Assembly: GCA_030765405.1 (NCBI GenBank)
Contig: JAVCCP010000078.1
Location: 48,770 to 68,769, forward strand
Origin: Candidatus Ancaeobacter aquaticus
Lineage (GTDB): Bacteria > Auribacterota > Ancaeobacteria > Ancaeobacterales > Ancaeobacteraceae
Direction of reading: 5' to 3'
DNA length: 20,000 nt
Shown here: one piece after another, positions 9,132 to 15,392 of the stretch
How the letters are laid out: every line of letters begins with the position of its first letter
Numbering within the stretch: the first letter of the stretch is position 1
The notes under the pieces: model-generated
The model's database searches: none
The model's input: only the letters and a program-made list of their open reading frames with translations
Told to the model about the DNA's origin: nothing
Program-made: the position numbers and the translations under genes

Positions 9132-9233
9132 AATAAACCACCAAACCTAACCATACTCCTATACTAAATCACCTTCTAATGCAAATAAACACAATCTAAA
9201 ACAACAATACTCAATTTATATCCACTGACGTGG

Positions 9234-9249
9234 TGGGACTTTAGTCCCA
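9234..9249. promoter_or_regulatory. Palindrome TGGGACT-TT-AGTCCCA (weak terminator hairpin or transcription factor site)
   Basis: Perfect 7-bp inverted repeat between the enolase-family gene and the TPR gene. Confidence 0.45.
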
Positions 9250-9360
9250 GTTTCACAAACAATTGGCATGCAATGTGATGAATAATATTATAGTATGCAG
9301 TATAAATATCGACAGGTGCAAATTAATTGGGCATAATGGAGATAAGGATAAGGGCAAAGT

Positions 9361-12300
9361 ATGATATGCTACTTAAAATCTAATGTTGTGATATTTGTTG
9401 TTTCATTCTTGTTAACAACAGCAATACCTGTGTGTCTTGGAGCTAGCTGGGAAAAATACATGCAAAAGCCCAAAGATACACAGAAGAGTATACAGAATAA
9501 TTTAGATAAATATCGGAACGTAAATCAGCTCAAAATAGCCTGGAAACCTCCAGCTCAAAAGCAACCAATCAATATTCAAGAGCAGTTAAATAAATATAGA
9601 AACATAAATCAGCCCACAAAAGTTTATAAAGCGTCGCCCCCTCCTCCAAAAAGACCGCCCAACATTAATCAACAATTACAGCAAAACCGCTTTGTGCCAA
9701 AACCTACAGTTAAACCAAAGGCTCTTACAGACCAACAAAGACGGGAACAATTTCAGAAACAAATGGAAGAGTATGCAAAAAAGATGCGGGTGCCAAAGAT
9801 ACAACCGGCAACTAAAACCAAGATAAATGTGCAGCCCGCAAAAAATATCCCTGTTCAGAAGAAACTTGATGTAAAGAAACCGACAGTGATTGTAAAGCCG
9901 CCTCCAAATAATACGAATGCTAAAAAGGTGGCCGGAAATTTAGGTAATACTATTGGTGCCATGCTCGGCCTGTATCCAAAGGCAAAAGAGATCGCAAATT
10001 ATTTTGGAGATATTACTAAAACAATTCTTGCAATGAAACCTGAGATAAAACTTGAGCCGAAAAAAAAGAACGAGCCGGGCAAAGATTTTATGGATTATTT
10101 AAATCAAATCAAGGATCAAGGAATGAATCTTGCCTTGCAAGCAGGCCAGTGGATGCATAAAAATGACCCTGCTAAGTCTTCTAAGTCTGTAAAAAAGCAG
10201 TCGGCAAAGCCAATTAAACCTGATAGAGATTTTGCAGACTATATGGGAATGACAGGTAAAAAAGTAGTTGAACTATATAAAAAAGCCGGTGATAAAACTG
10301 TAGAAATGAATAAAGAGGCAAATAAATGGATCAAAGATAATCCTAATAGTGCAAAAACATTATTTACTGAAATTGAAAAGTACAGAACCGCTATTAAAGT
10401 GGAACCCTATAAAGAGGGTTTTGCTGATAAATTCGCAAAGTATGGTGGATATGGCATAAAAGCAATTGATATTAGCTTGGGTAAAATGAAGGATGTGGCT
10501 GAGAAATCTGGGGCAGGGGTAGCAGCCCATGGTGTTGTTGCAGGATATGAGGTTTTGAAGGGTGCCGGGTCATCTGCGAGTCAAGCAACAATCGATTATG
10601 ATAAATTAGCTGAAGCAGGAAAGATAGACCCTAAAAAAGTAAGTAAGACTATGTTTGTAATGAAACAATTATATGCTGGCGCTGTAGACGGTGGACAGAA
10701 TTATATAGCAGGTGAAGCCGGATTTCGTTCAACAGGTAAGTTTACCGGAGAATTGACTGGGGTTGCTAAAGAAGTAACTGAACAAGTAGTGGGTGACCTT
10801 GCAACAAAAGGTTTTAAAGCAGTGGGGCAAGATATTGTGGGCACAGCTGGTGAAAAAAAACCTAAAGAAGATCATGGAGTCAGTAGTTTTGGTCAGGCGT
10901 TGTTTGCTGCCGCTAAAGACAAAAATAGTGCAGTATCAAAAGATTCAAAGAAACCGACTGCTCCCCAAAAGAGCTCATCAAAGGTTTTAAATGGGCAACT
11001 TGTTATGTCGGATAGTCGGGGACGAAGCGCTATGCAAACCGCACATTATTGTTATTCTACGGGGCAGTACTCTAAAGCGATTACATTTTTTAGTAAAGAG
11101 ATAGCGGTAAATCCTGACAATAAAGCAGCGTTAATATTTCGTGCTCACTCATATAGTAAAACAGGCGATGATGTAAATGCGTTAAAAGATATTGAAAGAT
11201 ATAAAAATGCCGGTGGAGTGTTTGATGATCATAGTTATAAAGTTGTAGCTGAAAGAGTCAGTGCAGAAGATAGAGCGAAAATACGAGCTGAGTCTAATAA
11301 GAATGCGCCTAAAAAGGTTGTAAAGTCGACGCATGGAATTTCTAAGGTATGTCTAAATTATTATAAGAAAGGGCTTACATGTCTTGCAAAAAAACAATAC
11401 CAAGAAGCTGGCAATTATTTTACTCAAGCATCTGGCGCAAGTTCTGGTAAGAGACACCCAGAGTCATTTAATAAAAAAGTAATGGATATGCGTTCGCATG
11501 CCTATAGGAAAGATCCAAGCTATGTCTCAAAAGCGAAAAAAGAATTAGAGCTCTTAGGTGTTACCGTTTCTTTGGATGAAGAAGAAGTGTTAGTGGTGGC
11601 TCAAAAAGAAGCGGAAGAGGTTTTGGAAGCTCAGAATGTTGCCCAGAGGCAGAAAATAGCAGCAAAGAAGGCTGTTGGGGAAGCCGCAGATAAAAGAACA
11701 ACGGAGGAAACAGCAGCTAAAAAATTTCGAATAAAAGGGGTTAAAGATAGGGGTATAAATTCGTCAATTTATAGTACGCAGGGACAAATAAAGTATAAAC
11801 AAAAGAAATATACACAAGCTATTTTATGTGCTACTAAAGCTTTGCAGTTAGATCCTTCTAATAGTACTGCATTGTTAATACGTTCGCGGTGTTATAAAGC
11901 GCAGGGTGATTATATAAATGCTTTAAAAGACTTAGATGCTTATAAAAACTTTGAAGGTAAGATTACTTCTGATTATCAGGAGGTAGCGGCAAAAGTTGGT
12001 GATGATTGTATATATGCCTTAAAAGATTTAGACTCCGATAAAAGCATAGGAGGGAAGATTGCTTTACAGGAGGAAAAAGAGCCAGCGGTAAAAGTTGTTG
12101 AGGAAGATATAAAAGAAGTGAAACCGGCAGCCCAAAGAAAAACTAAAGATAATGAAATGGTGGTATCAATACTTAACGAAGCATCAAAAAAATGGGCAGT
12201 AAAAGCGCCGAAGAAAACTGTTCAAAAATCTGAGCAAAAGACTATTGATGCAAAAAGGAAAGCTCAAAATAAACCGACAGTAATCTCTAAAAAGAAAAAC

Positions 12301-13197
12301 ATTAACCCTCAGCTGTCAAAGGCACAGGCCCTTGCTTTGGCTAAAAACTTAATAAGAAGATGGTCTGTAAGTCCTAAAAAAAGCACACCAAAACCGGTTG
12401 TAAAACAAAAACCTGAGGTTCATAAGATAGAAGTTGTACAGAAACCACAATCAGCGCCGCCAAAAAATGTAGCACATGCAATAGAACAAATTGCTGCACT
12501 TGAGGAAATTAATCTTTCAGGCGATAATAAAGGTATGCTGAAAAGTTACCGTTATGCGACAAAAGACGGAGATGATGTTTTAGGTATAACGCGTAGTGAA
12601 ATTGAATATGTCAAAGATGACGAGTCTGGAAAAATGGTAGCGACTGGATACATCGAGACGGTTAAGGATTCTGATGGTAGAGATTATAAGACAATCGAAA
12701 AAGTTGGTATTGAGTATGATAAAAATGGAAAAGAAAAGAGTTATCAGCAAATAGTATCAATAAAGGATGGAAAAACAGGAGAAGAGACAAAAGTACTTAC
12801 CGTTGTGAAGGATGGTACGGTAGAAGCCGAAGCAACGACAAAGTTAGACAAAAATGGTAATGAAATTAATGCCTCTTCAGGAAATGATGTAAAATGTAAA
12901 GAAGCATTAGTAGCTTTGCGCGGGCAAAATAATACGGTAAGAGTCATAAAAAGAGCGGGCGGTTCATCAAAATCTGCGCGTGAGATGGCGTGGAAACGGT
13001 TTAAAAAAGGCATGGCTACATTAAAGAAGGATTTTGCAAAGATCGATGCGTCTTTGAGAGCCCAAAAGCGTAAATATGATAAGGTTGTTGATAAGAGCCA
13101 TGCTCAGAGTATTACTCAAATGCAAAATGCCGCATCAGTAAAAGGTATGGATAAGAGAAAGGGTGAACGTAGAGAAAAGCAAAGAAAGATTAAATAG
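9361..13197 (+). CDS. Large secreted TPR-containing protein (1278 aa) with Pro/Gln/Lys-rich N-terminal repeats and a C-terminal YD-like module
   Basis: N-terminal hydrophobic signal ending VCLGA. TPR pairs YCYSTGQYSKAITFFSKEIAVNPDNKAALIFRAHSYSKTGDDVNALKDIERY and QGQIKYKQKKYTQAILCATKALQLDPSNSTALLIRSRCYKAQGDYINALKDLDAY, plus a single TPR YYKKGLTCLAKKQYQEAGNYFTQA. Confidence 0.85.
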   Translation: MICYLKSNVVIFVVSFLLTTAIPVCLGASWEKYMQKPKDTQKSIQNNLDKYRNVNQLKIAWKPPAQKQPINIQEQLNKYRNINQPTKVYKASPPPPKRPPNINQQLQQNRFVPKPTVKPKALTDQQRREQFQKQMEEYAKKMRVPKIQPATKTKINVQPAKNIPVQKKLDVKKPTVIVKPPPNNTNAKKVAGNLGNTIGAMLGLYPKAKEIANYFGDITKTILAMKPEIKLEPKKKNEPGKDFMDYLNQIKDQGMNLALQAGQWMHKNDPAKSSKSVKKQSAKPIKPDRDFADYMGMTGKKVVELYKKAGDKTVEMNKEANKWIKDNPNSAKTLFTEIEKYRTAIKVEPYKEGFADKFAKYGGYGIKAIDISLGKMKDVAEKSGAGVAAHGVVAGYEVLKGAGSSASQATIDYDKLAEAGKIDPKKVSKTMFVMKQLYAGAVDGGQNYIAGEAGFRSTGKFTGELTGVAKEVTEQVVGDLATKGFKAVGQDIVGTAGEKKPKEDHGVSSFGQALFAAAKDKNSAVSKDSKKPTAPQKSSSKVLNGQLVMSDSRGRSAMQTAHYCYSTGQYSKAITFFSKEIAVNPDNKAALIFRAHSYSKTGDDVNALKDIERYKNAGGVFDDHSYKVVAERVSAEDRAKIRAESNKNAPKKVVKSTHGISKVCLNYYKKGLTCLAKKQYQEAGNYFTQASGASSGKRHPESFNKKVMDMRSHAYRKDPSYVSKAKKELELLGVTVSLDEEEVLVVAQKEAEEVLEAQNVAQRQKIAAKKAVGEAADKRTTEETAAKKFRIKGVKDRGINSSIYSTQGQIKYKQKKYTQAILCATKALQLDPSNSTALLIRSRCYKAQGDYINALKDLDAYKNFEGKITSDYQEVAAKVGDDCIYALKDLDSDKSIGGKIALQEEKEPAVKVVEEDIKEVKPAAQRKTKDNEMVVSILNEASKKWAVKAPKKTVQKSEQKTIDAKRKAQNKPTVISKKKNINPQLSKAQALALAKNLIRRWSVSPKKSTPKPVVKQKPEVHKIEVVQKPQSAPPKNVAHAIEQIAALEEINLSGDNKGMLKSYRYATKDGDDVLGITRSEIEYVKDDESGKMVATGYIETVKDSDGRDYKTIEKVGIEYDKNGKEKSYQQIVSIKDGKTGEETKVLTVVKDGTVEAEATTKLDKNGNEINASSGNDVKCKEALVALRGQNNTVRVIKRAGGSSKSAREMAWKRFKKGMATLKKDFAKIDASLRAQKRKYDKVVDKSHAQSITQMQNAASVKGMDKRKGERREKQRKIK

Positions 13198-13229
13198 CTC
13201 GTATATAAACAAACATAGTATTCAATTTT

Positions 13230-13260
13230 GGGCGAGCCTGATGTGCTTGTCCTTTTTTTT
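13230..13260 (+). terminator. Rho-independent terminator after the TPR protein gene
   Basis: 8-bp stem GGGCGAGC / GCTTGTCC (two G-U pairs), 7-nt loop, followed by T8. Confidence 0.8.
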
Positions 13261-13301
13261 GTCTTAATATAAAACTCACAATACAAACAAATACTATTTA
13301 A

Positions 13302-13393
13302 TGCAATTCTATCCCCTTTATATACACCGCGTAGGTGGAATAGCCCCTGATCCACCTACGCGGTGGCGAAGCGCGGGGAGAGACAGAATTGTA
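13302..13393. repeat. Structured REP-like palindromic element with a perfect 15-bp stem
   Basis: CACCGCGTAGGTGGA (13325-13339) / TCCACCTACGCGGTG (13351-13365). It is enclosed by TCCCC/GGGGA and TGCAATTCT/AGAATTGTA stems. Confidence 0.75.
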
Positions 13394-13503
13394 AGAGTGT
13401 TCAAAAAAGTACCGCCTAATAATATTTTTCCTCTCAGATACCGATGGTTGTAAGAGTCTTATGTTAAATAATATACGGTGTATTTCTTTCTCTTTATTGT
13501 GAG

Positions 13504-13520
13504 TTGGCAAGGTTTATGCA
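13504..13520 (+). promoter_or_regulatory. Sigma54 (RpoN) -24/-12 promoter candidate
   Basis: TTGGCAAGGTTTATGCA has GG(13506-7)-N10-GC(13518-9) and matches TGGCAC-N5-TTGC closely. It ends 38 nt before ATG 13558. Confidence 0.65.
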
Positions 13521-13557
13521 TTACTCCTTTGTTAAATAAATAAAAAGGAGGAAAGAA

Positions 13558-14601
13558 ATGAAAAGAATACGACAAAGAACAATAGTTAAGTTTTCGGTTA
13601 TTGTTATGCTTGCGGTTTTTTTTATGACGATGGCTGTAGTAGGGAAATTGCTTGCGTTTGACTGTAATCAGAGTAGAGATTATTCTATTGATACCTGTAA
13701 GCCCCCGAGCAATAAGTCTACACGTAATAATTCTGCGATACATATAGCAAAACTTGTGAAAGCTGAAGGAATTGTATCAGACATAAAGAAATCTACAGCT
13801 AAAATTGAAAGAAAAGCAAAAAAGCGGACGAAGTCAACCAGTTATGCTTTGCAAACTAAACTTGCTGAAATACGAAAAAACACAAAATCTTTGCGTAACC
13901 AGAAATTTCAAGGGAAAGATCTTCTTGCTTCCAGAAACAGTGAAACCCTGGGGAAACTGTCATGGAATGATGTGGCTCAGCCACCTCGCGCTAAGAAGTT
14001 TTTAGCAAATATGGCCGGAATGTACCAACAAAAGACGTGCTGTAATGATGAAGTAGAAATGAAGTTACCCGGTGACTATGTATCCGAGGCGGATAAAAAG
14101 GATAAGGGTTTGCGAAAAGTTCAAAAATTTTCATCGAGACGTTCCGATACAGTGTTATCAAGAAATACGAACTCATCTCAGTGCGAGTCAGTATATGTCC
14201 CGCTCTATAAAAGTGAAATAATACATGACAAGAAAAAGGACTTTGAAGCGCAGAAAACAAAGGCATTATCTTATCTAGACCGCAAGGTGAATTCTATTGC
14301 CAGAGATAAAGATGAAGAAAATTCGAATATGGTGCAGGATGAGGATATTTTTATGCCGCAATTTAAGCCACAATTCACACATATTACCTATCGTAAGAGC
14401 AAAGCGCAAAGAGATCAAAGCATACAAGATCTTGTAAATAGGAGAGCTAAAAAGAAAATACGATTAAAATTACCACGGAAAATTATTGTATCTTCAGTTG
14501 TGGGTATCAATTCAAGGATACATATGAAAAAGAATAATACAAAAAGTGATATTAAATATGCAAAAACTCAAAAAGCTGAAAAAAGGTTAACAGGGTTTTA
14601 G
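13558..14601 (+). CDS. Hypothetical secreted or membrane-anchored basic protein (347 aa)
   Basis: Strong RBS AAGGAGG. Basic n-region followed by a hydrophobic segment (KFSVIVMLAVFFMTMAVVGKLLA). The remainder is Lys/Arg-rich with five Cys. No recognisable domain. Confidence 0.8.
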   Translation: MKRIRQRTIVKFSVIVMLAVFFMTMAVVGKLLAFDCNQSRDYSIDTCKPPSNKSTRNNSAIHIAKLVKAEGIVSDIKKSTAKIERKAKKRTKSTSYALQTKLAEIRKNTKSLRNQKFQGKDLLASRNSETLGKLSWNDVAQPPRAKKFLANMAGMYQQKTCCNDEVEMKLPGDYVSEADKKDKGLRKVQKFSSRRSDTVLSRNTNSSQCESVYVPLYKSEIIHDKKKDFEAQKTKALSYLDRKVNSIARDKDEENSNMVQDEDIFMPQFKPQFTHITYRKSKAQRDQSIQDLVNRRAKKKIRLKLPRKIIVSSVVGINSRIHMKKNNTKSDIKYAKTQKAEKRLTGF

Positions 14602-14638
14602 ATAAAACTACTCCGTAATGTAGCAATAATTTCATTGG

Positions 14639-14687
14639 ATAGCAGATATGTTCTAATATAGAGCATATCTGCTATTTCTTTGTTTTC
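14639..14687 (+). terminator. Rho-independent terminator after the 347-aa gene
   Basis: 17-bp stem ATAGCAGATATGTTCTA / TAGAGCATATCTGCTAT (one G-U pair), followed by TTCTTTGTTTTC. Confidence 0.75.
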
Positions 14688-15070
14688 GCTACAACTTCTT
14701 ATGTTGTGTCAAGTTGTTATCGTAACTATGTTTAAGTAAATAGTGTAGTTTTGTTAAAATATGGAATGTAAATTGCTTATTCAACATAAGTAGATGGGTA
14801 TGTTTACATGTATTTGTATATAGCATCAGTGATTGCGCGAAAGTGAGAGATCTGATGCGAGAGGCTCCGGATAAGCGAAAAAAATGGGGGCAATAGCAGA
14901 AAAACAAGACTGGCTAATTTTACTTAAACTGTATTTTATGTGGACAAGTAAAGTGTATGTTCTGAAATGGAGCACCAGGTGATTTACTGAAATTGAGGGA
15001 ATGTACAGGCGTGATGTGCAATTAACTTATCAAAGGGGTGTTACGAGCAAAAGAAAAAAGATCAAAATGA

Positions 15071-15086
15071 TGGCATGTATTATGCT
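15071..15086 (+). promoter_or_regulatory. Sigma54 (RpoN) -24/-12 promoter candidate upstream of the riboswitch
   Basis: TGGCATGTATTATGCT has GG(15072-3)-N10-GC(15084-5). The predicted TSS near 15097 is about 90 nt before the aptamer. Confidence 0.65.
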
Positions 15087-15184
15087 TAATAATAAATTAG
15101 CTCTTTCAAAACTAAACAAAATTAAAGTTCGATGGACCTTGACAAAGAAGGCTATATAAATTACAATGATATCGGAACTTTAAA

Positions 15185-15262
15185 GGAAAAAGGCAATTCT
15201 CGTCTTGATGAAGCGGGAAGCGCAAAACTACAGACCCAAGCTATGGGAAGCTGAGTTGCCCT
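15185..15262 (+). ncRNA. Cyclic di-GMP-I (GEMM-I) riboswitch aptamer
   Basis: Layout GGCAA-stem(UCUCGU/GCGGGA)-GCGCAAA-ACUACAG-CCCAAG/UAUGG-AGCUGAGUUGCC. The ligand-contacting positions equivalent to Vc2 G20, A47 and C92 are G15192, A15224 and C15259. The C44-G83 pair equivalent is C15221/G15250. Confidence 0.85.
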
Positions 15263-15283
15263 TGATTCGTTAGAGAATGTTTC

Positions 15284-15324
15284 AAAGGCCGACTCGAGCT
15301 TGGTAGCTTGAACCGGCCTTTTTT
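15284..15324 (+). terminator. Intrinsic terminator forming the riboswitch expression platform
   Basis: AAAGGCCG-AC-TCGAGC-TTGGTA-GCTTGA-AC-CGGCC-TTTTTT, located between the aptamer and ATG 15393. Confidence 0.85.
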
Positions 15325-15392
15325 GTGAGAGGTAAAAATATGAAAATAGGAAAAACAACTTTTTAAACAACCAAATATATAGAGGTGAAGTT

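Noticed and set aside
9264..9279. Sigma54 promoter for the TPR gene as a confident feature
   Set aside because: The -24 box TGGCATG is good but the -12 position is GA rather than GC. It is kept only as weak support in the regulon finding.
15185..15262. 3'3'-cGAMP-sensing (GEMM-Ib) assignment for the riboswitch
   Set aside because: The position-20 equivalent is G (15192), not the A typical of cGAMP-selective variants.
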